From Aridibacter sp. (GTDB lineage: Bacteria; Acidobacteriota; Blastocatellia; Pyrinomonadales; Pyrinomonadaceae): a DNA stretch of 64,000 nt. Position 1 is the stretch's first letter. Every line of letters starts with the position of its first letter. The notes below the pieces were generated by a model. That model saw only the letters and a list, made by a program, of their open reading frames with translations. It had not been told where the DNA came from and did no database searches. The translations under genes were made by a program, and so were the position numbers. This document shows positions 26,393 to 35,894 of this stretch, piece after piece. The stretch is taken from contig JBFGKW010000002.1 in NCBI GenBank assembly GCA_041576495.1, positions 5,541 through 69,540 on the forward strand. Reading direction: 5' to 3'.

Positions 26393-28693
26393 ATGAAAGA
26401 GTGCCAACAATGCAAAACCTGTTATGCCGATGATGTCGATACGTGTCCCAAAGATGGGATGCCAACTTTGCATACGATCGCCGGCGAACCTGTGCTCGAA
26501 GGTAAATATCATCTCGATATAAGGGTCGGGCAGGGCGGAATGGGTGTCGTCTATAAGGCACGACATGCATATCTGAAGACTGTTCACGCAATAAAAATCA
26601 TATTACCGGATTTAGTCGGAAATGATCCGCAGCTTGTCCAGCGGTTTCGCCAGGAGGCGTTGGCCGCGGCCGCTATCAGACATCCGAATGTCGTAAATGT
26701 TACGGATTATGGAGTTGCACAGGGAACGATGCCGTTTCTTGTGATGGAGTTTGTCGAGGGAGAGGATCTTCACGATTATCTTGCAAAGGAAAAACGACTT
26801 TCGCCGGCAAAGGCATTTGAGTTGGTTAGGGCGATATGTAAAGGAATTGGAGCCGCCCATAGTCAGGGTATTGTTCACCGCGACATGAAGCCGCTTAACA
26901 TAATGATTTTGAAAGGCAAGGCGGATATGTCGGAGGCGGTCAAAATTCTCGACTTTGGTTTGGCAAAAATAAAATCCGGTGAATTGCTCGGTTCATTTAT
27001 TCAGGCCCAGACAACCGGATTGATGGGCTCGCCTTATTATATGGCACCCGAGCAATGGTCCGATGATGAACTCGACGCCCGGTCAGACATTTATTCGATT
27101 GGCGTGATGCTGTTTCAAATGCTGGCGGGTGATGTTCCTTTTAAGGGGTCATCGATTCCGGCGATTATGAAAAAACATTTGACCGACGCCCCGCCGACGT
27201 TTGCCGATTTGGGCGTCGAGATTGATCCGAATATCGAGCGCGTAGTCCGCCGCACGCTCGAAAAAGATCGCAGCAAGAGAACTCCAAACGTCGAAACCCT
27301 GATTGCCGAACTCGATGCGGCTGAAGGAACGAGCGTTAAACGTGTTTCGGCGGAAGCCGGCGAACAGCTTCCGAGTTCGGCGTTAAAAGTGTTAACTAAC
27401 CCCCCGAAATCGGTTGTCTATGTAAATGACGTGGCGGTAGGCGAGAGCGAAACCAACGGCTGGCTGTTGCTTGAAGGTGTCCAAAGCGGGAATCATAAAC
27501 TGAGAGTCAGTCATGAAGGATATCAGGATTGGGAAGGACCCGTGTTTTGTGACGGGACTCCGACACAGGTCGTCGCGGAACTGAAGTCGAAGACCGGAGA
27601 ATCGGTAATTCCGAAGCCCACTGATGCGACGATGGTCTTGGATAAGCCGATCAGCGAGGACACACCTCAACATATTTCCGTTACCCATGGCTCGCAACCG
27701 GGAATGCAAGAAACGATTCAGCAAGGGGTCCAAACCGGAAGCCAACAATTCGGGACTCAAACCGGTTCCCAGGAAATCAAATCTCAAACCGGGGTCTGGA
27801 GTTGGATCCTGTCCCCCGTAGTATTGACGGTTACTGGAATTTCGGCGTTATTCCTACTTACTGCAATTGTAGGCTTGAGTGCATATATGTTTGGACTGTT
27901 CGGTGGAAGTACGGAGGGTGGGGTTACAAACCAGGCTTCCGATACGAACTCAAATGAAGGTAATTCAAACGCGGGTCCAAAGACCGAGTTGAATTACAAA
28001 TTCGAAATCGTTGAAATCCCGGGTGGTGATTTTACGATGGGCCGTAATGACGGACAGCCGCAGGAAATGCCAGAACACAAGGTCACTGTTAAAAGTTTCG
28101 GGATGGACAAATTTGAGGTTACCAACGGTGAATATTACGATTTTGTAAAAGAGACAAAGTATCCTTCGGTCCCGTTTTATTGGGAAAGCGGCAAGCCTTT
28201 TGACAGTGATGTGAATTTGCCGGTCCGTGCCGTGACTTTTAACGATGCCGAAGCCTTTGCCGAATGGCGCTCAAAGCGGGACGGAGTTGTTTACCGGCTT
28301 CCGACCGAAGAGGAATGGGAATATGCGGCGCGAAACGGCGGCGAAAACAATTTATATCCGTGGGGAGACGAATTTAAGAAAGATTGTGTCGTTTTAGATC
28401 AAAAGACGACTGCGCCAAAAGAGGTTGGCGGACGAGAATGCGGAGCAAATAAATGGGGTGTGGAGGATTTGATTGGAAACGTTTTTGAATGGACCAAATC
28501 GAAACCGGGTCTTTATCCAGGGAATCCGGGAACGATCAAGCAGATGAGTGAGCCGCATTTTATGATCCGGGGCGGCTCGGCGAATTTTAAGTCAACCGGA
28601 CAGCTGGCCATAACTTCCACTTTCCGCGTCGAGTTTATGGCCACAAAACAAGATCGAACACTGGGCTTTCGTCTGGTTCGATCCGACAATTAA
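26393..28693 (+). CDS. Hanks-type Ser/Thr protein kinase with N-terminal zinc-ribbon-like motif, PEGA-like domain, membrane segment and C-terminal FGE/SUMF1-type domain
   Basis: 766-aa ORF. N-terminal CxxC-x10-CPKDG (26402..26458). Kinase motifs are GQGGMGVVY, AIK (K68), HRDMKPLN (D164 at 26882..26884), DFG and APE. A PEGA-like segment spans aa ~330-398 and a hydrophobic stretch aa ~468-503. The FGE-sulfatase-type domain spans aa ~536-766 (GGDFTMG, EEEWEYAAR, GNVFEWT, RGGS, GFRLV). Confidence 0.9.
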   Translation: MKECQQCKTCYADDVDTCPKDGMPTLHTIAGEPVLEGKYHLDIRVGQGGMGVVYKARHAYLKTVHAIKIILPDLVGNDPQLVQRFRQEALAAAAIRHPNVVNVTDYGVAQGTMPFLVMEFVEGEDLHDYLAKEKRLSPAKAFELVRAICKGIGAAHSQGIVHRDMKPLNIMILKGKADMSEAVKILDFGLAKIKSGELLGSFIQAQTTGLMGSPYYMAPEQWSDDELDARSDIYSIGVMLFQMLAGDVPFKGSSIPAIMKKHLTDAPPTFADLGVEIDPNIERVVRRTLEKDRSKRTPNVETLIAELDAAEGTSVKRVSAEAGEQLPSSALKVLTNPPKSVVYVNDVAVGESETNGWLLLEGVQSGNHKLRVSHEGYQDWEGPVFCDGTPTQVVAELKSKTGESVIPKPTDATMVLDKPISEDTPQHISVTHGSQPGMQETIQQGVQTGSQQFGTQTGSQEIKSQTGVWSWILSPVVLTVTGISALFLLTAIVGLSAYMFGLFGGSTEGGVTNQASDTNSNEGNSNAGPKTELNYKFEIVEIPGGDFTMGRNDGQPQEMPEHKVTVKSFGMDKFEVTNGEYYDFVKETKYPSVPFYWESGKPFDSDVNLPVRAVTFNDAEAFAEWRSKRDGVVYRLPTEEEWEYAARNGGENNLYPWGDEFKKDCVVLDQKTTAPKEVGGRECGANKWGVEDLIGNVFEWTKSKPGLYPGNPGTIKQMSEPHFMIRGGSANFKSTGQLAITSTFRVEFMATKQDRTLGFRLVRSDN

Positions 28694-28709
28694 TGAAGTT
28701 GGTGGTTTT

Positions 28710-30098
28710 ATGCGGAGATATATGAAGTATTGCAGATTGAGTCTCTTCCTCGTCTGGGTGATGATTTTTTCGGGAATCGTTGGGGCTCAGGATCTGGGAA
28801 GCAGCAGCGATTTGTTTAGGCCGGCAAATTCTTCCGTTAAAAAATCGAACCCCAAAAAAACTGCGCCGAGAAAAAGAAGGGCCGCGGCGCGAAGGAAATC
28901 GACGAGGTCTAAGAGATCTACCGGCGGGCGGTCGACAGCTTCCACAAAAATCACCCCTGAATCCGAATCATCGGAAAAGAAAATGCCGGAGACCAGAATT
29001 CTGATCACTAAAGCGACCGTTAATCGCGACAAACCAACGATGATCGGTACGAATAAGGTGATCGTTTACGGCGGGTCTTCCGAAGGAAATTATCTTGAGA
29101 AATTTGAAAACGCGCTGGAAGTAGGCAATACCGCGCGAAATCAAAGGAATTATTCAAAGGCTGAAAGCGCTTACAAGCTCGCGCGTCAGATCGATCCCGA
29201 TGATTCCCGGGCAATATACGGTCTGGGAAATATTTACAGTGATCAGCAGCGTTGGGAAGAAGCCGAACGCGCTTATCGCAAGGCAATAATACTTGAACCG
29301 GATAGTGCAGCACCATATACCGCCATCAGCTTTGTTTTAACCCAACCGGTGGTTGGCACGAATTTGGGGGAACGGTATTCGGAAGCGGAAAAAATGTCCC
29401 GCATTGCGGTTCGGATTGCACCGGATTATGCGCTGGCGTTTGACCAACTTGGCGTCGCAATGGAACTAAAGGGATTGATTTCTAAAGAGACCCAGGACAT
29501 TTATCGTAAAGCAATTGAAATCGACCCGACATTTGCACTGGCTTATGCTCATTTGGGGAGAATATTGTATCGCAACGGTTTAACCGAGGAATCCTCTGCG
29601 GCGTACCGGAAATCTGTGGAATTAGCCGGTGACGCGCCGACTATGATTCTAGTCGCGGACGTCCTTCAGTCACAGCAAAAGTATTATGAATCCGAGCAGC
29701 TATTGATCAACGCCGTCCGGCAGGATCCTCGCAATCCAACCGGACTGTATCTATTGGGGAAGGCGCTGACTATCCGGGAGAGTTTTGCCGAAGCGGAAGA
29801 AGCGTTAAAGAAAAGCGTCGACGTAAGCCCTAACAGTTTTGTTTCTTATGCGCTCCTCGGTTCGCTGTATTTGAGACAGGGACAATTGAAGAAGGCCGAG
29901 CGCGCGCTTGACGCAGCACAGAAGGTGTCTTCCGATAACGAGAAAAAACGACTTGCCCAGGAGTTTGAAGAGGTCGGCGATGGGTTTATGAAGGAGAATA
30001 GCAGGCGCGATGCGATCCGGCTCTACCTGAAGGCTCTTTCACTCGATGAGAAAAACAAGCCGCTTGCAACGAAATTATCCCAAACGCGAACGGGCTAA
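28710..30098 (+). CDS. Tetratricopeptide-repeat protein, secreted or anchored, with a basic low-complexity N-region
   Basis: 462-aa ORF starting 16 bp after the kinase stop. It has a signal-like N-terminus and a K/R/S-rich tract (PRKRRAAARRKSTRSKRSTGGRS). This is followed by about 8 TPR units (for example AESAYKLARQIDPDDSRAIYGLGNIY and AERAYRKAIILEPDSAAPY). Confidence 0.85.
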   Translation: MRRYMKYCRLSLFLVWVMIFSGIVGAQDLGSSSDLFRPANSSVKKSNPKKTAPRKRRAAARRKSTRSKRSTGGRSTASTKITPESESSEKKMPETRILITKATVNRDKPTMIGTNKVIVYGGSSEGNYLEKFENALEVGNTARNQRNYSKAESAYKLARQIDPDDSRAIYGLGNIYSDQQRWEEAERAYRKAIILEPDSAAPYTAISFVLTQPVVGTNLGERYSEAEKMSRIAVRIAPDYALAFDQLGVAMELKGLISKETQDIYRKAIEIDPTFALAYAHLGRILYRNGLTEESSAAYRKSVELAGDAPTMILVADVLQSQQKYYESEQLLINAVRQDPRNPTGLYLLGKALTIRESFAEAEEALKKSVDVSPNSFVSYALLGSLYLRQGQLKKAERALDAAQKVSSDNEKKRLAQEFEEVGDGFMKENSRRDAIRLYLKALSLDEKNKPLATKLSQTRTG

Positions 30099-30231
30099 AA
30101 GTAATTCCGGTGTCTAGATTTGCGTTTCTTGAAATTCTGCCCCGATTAAGCGTTTCTCCCATTAGACGCGTAAAGGAATTTGATAAAAAACTGACGCTTC
30201 AGATATAAGTCGAATAAGAGGTTAAAGCTAA

Positions 30232-32601
30232 ATGACAACCTTAGCGGTAGTGGGAACAATGTATTATTGTCCGAAATGCAAGAGCAATTTCGAAGACAGA
30301 ACTCAGCGGTTTTGTCCTAACGACGGCGGACGACTCTTACCGGTGCAACCGGAAAAACGAAGCGCGGCTCCGACAAATAAAAACGTATTCACAAATCTCT
30401 TGGGGCGAACGGAAAAGAAAGAACGCGCCGACGAGAATCTTGCTCAGCACCCAAGGTTTGTAAGCGCAGCCAAGAAGCGGTTGAGTTTTGAGCCTCCCAA
30501 AAAGAGTGCGATATTTAAGGCGGGACAAATCACGGACGGCGTAAGATCGAAGCCGTTGGCCAAGCCAAATAAGCCGGAATCAACCAAGAAGCCAACTACC
30601 CCTAGGCGGCGGACCAAATTAGTAAGCTCCAGCGAGATTTCCGTCAGCCAGGCGAGACTGGGAAACCGGGAAAAGCACCCGGCCGGGCGGCCTGCGCTGA
30701 CCTGGCAAAATCCCCGCGTCCTCCTTGGTCAGGTTATCAAGGGCCGATATCGAATCGCGGACAAACTGCATCAGGATCAAACCAGTATTGCATATTTGGC
30801 AGGAGATGAAATCGTCAAGGGTAAGCGCGTCGTTATCAGAGTGCTGATGAGCGAGGCAAAGAAAGATACGTTTGAGGGCAAGGTATTCGCCGAAGAGCGG
30901 GTTTCGTTATCACACATAAATCATCCAAATATTGTCAGGGTAGTTGATTCAGGCCAGCTGCCGGAAGGAAACACATTTGTTGTAACCGATTATGTTGAAG
31001 GAAAATCGGTGAGCGACGTCTTAAAAAGTTCGGGCAGATTTGAGGCAAAAAGAGCCGCCCGAATTATTCGCCACGCATCACTGGCGCTTAGCGAGATCCA
31101 CCAGAACGGAATACTCCACCGCAACCCAAAACCCGAACATATCCTGCTCTTCATTTCGGACGCGGGCAATGAGCAGGTCAAAGTTACGGATTTTTCAGTT
31201 TCAGATGGAAAACCGCGGATCGATAATTTGGCGTATAAGTCGCCCGAGCAGCTTGCGGGGCAAACGCCGACATTTGCCAGTGACGCCTATTCACTCGCGG
31301 TTATCGGTTTTCAGATGTTAACCGGTAGTCTGCCTTTCAACGATCTTTCGGAACGCGAATTACTGAAGGCGCAAAAAGCCGGATTAAAGGTCAAAGCGAG
31401 TGAACTGGTTCCGGAAATTCCAACGTTGGTAGATCAAATTTTCGCAAAAGCGCTTTCGTTTAACCCGGCGGATCGTTACTCAAAGGCAAGAGATTTCGGT
31501 GAAGCGCTATTTAACGCTTTAACGACGGCGCTGGTATATGACAAATCGTTCGAATCAGACAACGTAAACGAATCTACATATCAACTTCCGGTCAAAACCC
31601 CTCGGGAAACAAAGGAAATGCCGGTAGAACACACGAGTGACACCGCCGCGGCTCAAGAAAGGCCGCCAAAGAGAACTCCGGTAACCGCGGATATTCATAT
31701 TTCAACAAAGGCGGCCAACGTGTTTGACGGGATGCGGAAATCGAACAAAAAAGATTTGGCCGGCCAAAAAGTGCCGAGATTTGATGAGTCAAAGAATAAT
31801 CGTCCGTCTAATATTGGTGTTGAGAACACCGCGCCCTCGACCCTGGTCTCGGTACTCGGATTAGCAGCAATTGCCGCGCTGGCGATTTTGATATTTGTTT
31901 ATTTTTTTAATCGCCAGGATGCCTTGACGACCGCCCCGGATTTGGAACAACCGGAACCCAGAAGTGCTGCGATCCAGGAGAACGTGGAAGATACTATTGA
32001 TGATATTGAAAGCCCGCCGCCCGCCCGAAAAATCATTCCGCCGGCAAACTCGATTTACTTCGAAAATTCTAAAGACAATTTGAATAATGATCTGAAGAAA
32101 AATTTTCGCGGATTTTCCGTTTATTACCCTAAGACCTGGGAAAGATCTCGATCCGAAAACAATTTCCTCGATATATCAAGAAAGGATAAAGACGGCATTC
32201 CGAAGGAAATGATGGTAGTCACCCATTACGACAGTAATGGTACTTTTAAGACCGACGAATCGAATTTTCCGATCCTGATAGAGAAATCGAACCGTGATCT
32301 TAGCGCATTACTGCCGAATTATGAGGTGGTTTCGAGGGGCAAGACCGAGATAAACAATGGCTGGAAGGGCTATCAGGTAAAATTTCAAGGGAAATCGAAA
32401 CTCGCCGACGGCCGAACGCTTGAAGTGTGGGGACGGCGAATCTGGGTGCCGGCGGCAAGACCGGGCGTCAAACATGGCTTGGTAATAACGATGTTGGCGA
32501 CTTCGCTGGCAGATAAGATTAAAAATCTCGATGATGTTGGAAATAAAGGAGATTTGGGCGGAATCCTGAAGACTTTCGAGCCGGACCAGAATTATGATTA
32601 G
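30232..32601 (+). CDS. Membrane-anchored pseudokinase (degenerate Hanks kinase fold) with N-terminal zinc-ribbon-like motif and extracytoplasmic C-terminal domain
   Basis: 789-aa ORF with AAGAGG 10 nt upstream. N-terminal CxxC-x11-CPNDG (30268..30327). The kinase-like region (aa ~165-430) has no Gly-rich loop. It has VIRVL with Arg203 (30838..30840) instead of the beta3 Lys, HRNPKPEH (Asn298 at 31123..31125) instead of HRDxKxxN, and DFS (31189..31197) instead of DFG, but it keeps SPE and the C-lobe. A TM segment spans aa ~537-559, followed by a ~230-aa C-terminal domain. Confidence 0.8.
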   Translation: MTTLAVVGTMYYCPKCKSNFEDRTQRFCPNDGGRLLPVQPEKRSAAPTNKNVFTNLLGRTEKKERADENLAQHPRFVSAAKKRLSFEPPKKSAIFKAGQITDGVRSKPLAKPNKPESTKKPTTPRRRTKLVSSSEISVSQARLGNREKHPAGRPALTWQNPRVLLGQVIKGRYRIADKLHQDQTSIAYLAGDEIVKGKRVVIRVLMSEAKKDTFEGKVFAEERVSLSHINHPNIVRVVDSGQLPEGNTFVVTDYVEGKSVSDVLKSSGRFEAKRAARIIRHASLALSEIHQNGILHRNPKPEHILLFISDAGNEQVKVTDFSVSDGKPRIDNLAYKSPEQLAGQTPTFASDAYSLAVIGFQMLTGSLPFNDLSERELLKAQKAGLKVKASELVPEIPTLVDQIFAKALSFNPADRYSKARDFGEALFNALTTALVYDKSFESDNVNESTYQLPVKTPRETKEMPVEHTSDTAAAQERPPKRTPVTADIHISTKAANVFDGMRKSNKKDLAGQKVPRFDESKNNRPSNIGVENTAPSTLVSVLGLAAIAALAILIFVYFFNRQDALTTAPDLEQPEPRSAAIQENVEDTIDDIESPPPARKIIPPANSIYFENSKDNLNNDLKKNFRGFSVYYPKTWERSRSENNFLDISRKDKDGIPKEMMVVTHYDSNGTFKTDESNFPILIEKSNRDLSALLPNYEVVSRGKTEINNGWKGYQVKFQGKSKLADGRTLEVWGRRIWVPAARPGVKHGLVITMLATSLADKIKNLDDVGNKGDLGGILKTFEPDQNYD

Positions 32602-32625
32602 CTAAAATGTTTTCAATTGGTTTTG

Positions 32626-32667
32626 AAAGCGTAAGCGAATAGTATCGTTTACGCTTTTTCTTTTTTG
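32626..32667 (+). terminator. Rho-independent terminator after the pseudokinase gene
   Basis: 13-bp stem AAAGCGTAAGCGA (32626..32638) / TCGTTTACGCTTT (32645..32657, one G-U pair) with loop ATAGTA. It runs into a T-rich tract TTTTTCTTTTTTG up to 32667. Confidence 0.8.
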
Positions 32668-32766
32668 TTTGATAAACTAGCCCCGTTGAGTTCATCAAAA
32701 GAATCGGCCGGATATTGATTTCTGCATCAAAAGATAGTGCACTCGCGTTTGAGTCTGTAAACCCAA

Positions 32767-35700
32767 ATGAAAATTGTATTAGTTGAAAAGGGGTCTGAAG
32801 GTAAAGAGCCTACCGAAAGGTCTTTCGAGCAGAACGCCGTTCGAATCGGCCGAGAGGCATCAACTTGCGATTTAGTCTTCGATAATCGGGATTATCGGAT
32901 GGTTTCACGGAATCATGCGGAATTAAAAGTGCAGAATGGCCAATGGATCCTAACGGATTCGGGTTCGAGCTTCGGTACTTTTGTTAATGGAACCCGCATC
33001 GTGCAGCCGACCGCCATTTCAATCGGAAACTCGATCCAGTTCGGCGAAAACGGCCCGATTGTCCACGTGATCTGGATTGAGAGCGCCTCTCAACCCGGTC
33101 CCGAATCACAACCGGCGGCGCCGGTTCCCGATTCCTTAAAAACCGACCAGCCTGCACCCGGATTATCAAGTCCCGTCCAGCAATCCGCTCCGGAACCACG
33201 CCTTCCCTTGGCGCGGCTTGAATTAATCGGCGCGACGGGTGGAAAGCCGACCCAAATTGCAAAAGAAAGCTTTTGGCTCGGACGGGATCTCGAAGCAGAT
33301 TTGACCATCGAAGCAACCGCAGTGATGGTTTCCCGTCGCCATGCTGAAATTCGTTGTGAAAAAGGGGCTTATTCCTTGCATGACAACAACAGCTATAACG
33401 GCACCTTGGTCAACGAGCAGCAGATTTCAGCAGGCACGCCATTGTACGACAACGATCGAATTCAGCTTGGACGCGGAGGGCCCGTACTCAAGTTTTACCA
33501 GCCCGGCAGAACGCGGCCGAAAGGTCACGACGTTCCAGGACAGCGATCGGTACCGGTAGATCAGGATCCGCATTTGATCGACGCTTCTGAACATATCGGA
33601 TCCGGAACGATGGTTTTCAACATCGCAGAAGCCTCGCCGGCTAGATCCCGCGACAATGCCGTCGAACAACTTCTGATGCAGATCGGATTCGGCGATAAGG
33701 ACTCGATCTCGATTGGTCGAAACGAATCAAACGACATCAGTCTTGACGGGCTTCAAATCTCCAACCGTCACGCCCGCTTACGGAGATCGAATGCTGGATT
33801 TTTGATTGAAGATCTCAATTCGACGAACGGCGTGTACGTTAACGGCCAACGAATCACCCGCCAGAATGTTTCCCCGACCGATTCGATCCAAATCGGCGCG
33901 TTTGTAATTAGACTTGACGAAACCGGAAATATAGGGGTTTTTGACACACGCTCAAAAACCCGGATTGACGCGATCGGAATCACAAAAGATGTCAAGAATC
34001 GTGCCGGAGGAGGCAAGATCCGACTCCTTGATGATATTTCTATTTCGATTAAACCGAATGAGTTTATCGGCATGCTGGGACCGTCAGGAGCGGGGAAATC
34101 GACATATATGGATGCATTAAACGGAATGCGTCCGGCTACGGATGGCAGTGTTTTCGTCAACAATCTCGATCTGTACCGGTATATCGATTCACTCAAACAG
34201 TCGATTGGCTATGTTCCTCAAGACGATATAATTCATCGCGAACTGACTGTATACAAAACCCTTTATTACGTTGCTAAACTAAGGCTCTCGCGCGATGTAT
34301 CGAGATCCGAGATTGACCAGATTGTTGAAGAGGTGCTTGATGTTACCGGACTTGATGAACGCCGGGATGTGCCGATCAATGAGCTTTCCGGTGGGCAGAG
34401 AAAACGTGTTTCAATCGCCGTAGAACTAATCACTAAGCCATCGATTATTTTTCTAGACGAGCCGACATCGGGGCTGGATCCGGCAACGGAAGAGAAGATC
34501 ATGAGGCTTTTCCGCCAGATTGCCGAATCGGGCAGAACCGTCATTCTGACCACCCATGCGATGGAAAATGTAAAGCTCTTTGACAAGATTGTGGTGTTGA
34601 TGAGGGGCAAGCTCGTTTTCTACGGTAAACCGGAAGAAGCGCTGGAGCAATTGGGTGCTTCGAGTTACAAAGAATTGTTTGACAAGCTTGAAGAACCTGT
34701 TGAGGCCAAAATTCGGGAGTTTGGCGAAACCAACCGGTTTAAGCTGACAGAGGAAGTAGCAGAGGGCTGGAAGCAGCGTTTCCTAAAAACGCCGCAATAC
34801 AAAAAGAATATATTTGAGCCGCTAAAGGAAGTTCAAAAGGCGGATTCGGCAAAGGGGAGAAAAACGCACCGGCTTGGTCTTTTCGGTGCCGTCAGGCAAT
34901 GGTTCACACTTTCGCGGCGATACGCACGCGTGTTGTCAAAAGACCGGATGAACCTTTTGATTCTTTTCGCTCAGGCCCCGATTATCGCGGTCCTCGTCTA
35001 TTTTGTAATGGGTGCGAATCAGCCGCGGGACTTTGCTTATTTTGCGCTCTCCCTGTGTTCGATATGGTTTGGGACTTCGGTTGCGGCTCGTGAGATCGTT
35101 CGAGAGAGGCCGATATATGAACGGGAGCGAATGGTCAATCTCGGTATTGTGCCTTATTTGGGCTCGAAGTTATTTGTTCTGGGCGCGATTGTCACAATCC
35201 AATGCATTTTGCTCTTCGTTCCGCTTAAGTTCCTTGACCTTGTCGGTTTAATGCCGATGCCGGGGGTGTTTTTAGGAATACCGCAGTTTATTACGATGCT
35301 GACGACCGCGGCGGTCGGGGTTTCGCTCGGCCTTTTCATTTCTGCGCTGGTCAAAACGTCTGAGATGGCGACCAGTTTAATACCGCTAATACTGATTCCG
35401 CAAATTATATTTTCGGGACTAATTGGGGTCCCCGCCGGTGTTAATAAAGTCGTGGGGCTTACGATGCCGGCGACCTGGTCGTTTGATTCCATTAAACGCT
35501 TTTCCGGACTCGATACGCTTGAAAGGGAAGGCGCGTTAACAAACGGCGAGACAAAGGGCCTCGGGCTTTACAAACAGATCGAAATGGAAAATGAAGCGAT
35601 TATCGAGGATGCCAAGAATAATATAAAGGAATACGAAAAGGATCTCGAGACCAAGCTACAGGATGCCGAAAAGCGTGCAAATACCGGAGAAAGGGTTCAA

Positions 35701-35886
35701 TTTACCGGAATGCCGGATCGGCCCGAGGTCGGCACTGCCGCGAAGATTCCCGCCGATCTGAGTAAATATATAACCTTTCTTCATCCATGGATGCATGAAT
35801 TATTAAACCAACTTGTATTGATGCTGATGTTTTTGTTTTTATTCATTAGCACTCTTATTATATTGCGTTTGCAGGACATAGGATAA
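32767..35886 (+). CDS. Triple-FHA-domain ABC exporter (fused ATPase plus ABC-2/ABCG-like permease)
   Basis: 1039-aa ORF. Three FHA domains with G-R...S-x-x-H...N-G signatures: aa 25-93 (32839..33045), aa 169-236 (33271..33474) and aa 314-379 (33706..33903). Walker A GPSGAGKST (34078..34104), signature LSGGQRKRV, and Walker B IIFLDEPTSGLD. Six C-terminal TM segments, with a ~130-aa coiled-coil-rich loop before the last one. Confidence 0.9.
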   Translation: MKIVLVEKGSEGKEPTERSFEQNAVRIGREASTCDLVFDNRDYRMVSRNHAELKVQNGQWILTDSGSSFGTFVNGTRIVQPTAISIGNSIQFGENGPIVHVIWIESASQPGPESQPAAPVPDSLKTDQPAPGLSSPVQQSAPEPRLPLARLELIGATGGKPTQIAKESFWLGRDLEADLTIEATAVMVSRRHAEIRCEKGAYSLHDNNSYNGTLVNEQQISAGTPLYDNDRIQLGRGGPVLKFYQPGRTRPKGHDVPGQRSVPVDQDPHLIDASEHIGSGTMVFNIAEASPARSRDNAVEQLLMQIGFGDKDSISIGRNESNDISLDGLQISNRHARLRRSNAGFLIEDLNSTNGVYVNGQRITRQNVSPTDSIQIGAFVIRLDETGNIGVFDTRSKTRIDAIGITKDVKNRAGGGKIRLLDDISISIKPNEFIGMLGPSGAGKSTYMDALNGMRPATDGSVFVNNLDLYRYIDSLKQSIGYVPQDDIIHRELTVYKTLYYVAKLRLSRDVSRSEIDQIVEEVLDVTGLDERRDVPINELSGGQRKRVSIAVELITKPSIIFLDEPTSGLDPATEEKIMRLFRQIAESGRTVILTTHAMENVKLFDKIVVLMRGKLVFYGKPEEALEQLGASSYKELFDKLEEPVEAKIREFGETNRFKLTEEVAEGWKQRFLKTPQYKKNIFEPLKEVQKADSAKGRKTHRLGLFGAVRQWFTLSRRYARVLSKDRMNLLILFAQAPIIAVLVYFVMGANQPRDFAYFALSLCSIWFGTSVAAREIVRERPIYERERMVNLGIVPYLGSKLFVLGAIVTIQCILLFVPLKFLDLVGLMPMPGVFLGIPQFITMLTTAAVGVSLGLFISALVKTSEMATSLIPLILIPQIIFSGLIGVPAGVNKVVGLTMPATWSFDSIKRFSGLDTLEREGALTNGETKGLGLYKQIEMENEAIIEDAKNNIKEYEKDLETKLQDAEKRANTGERVQFTGMPDRPEVGTAAKIPADLSKYITFLHPWMHELLNQLVLMLMFLFLFISTLIILRLQDIG

Positions 35887-35894
35887 AAAATGTT

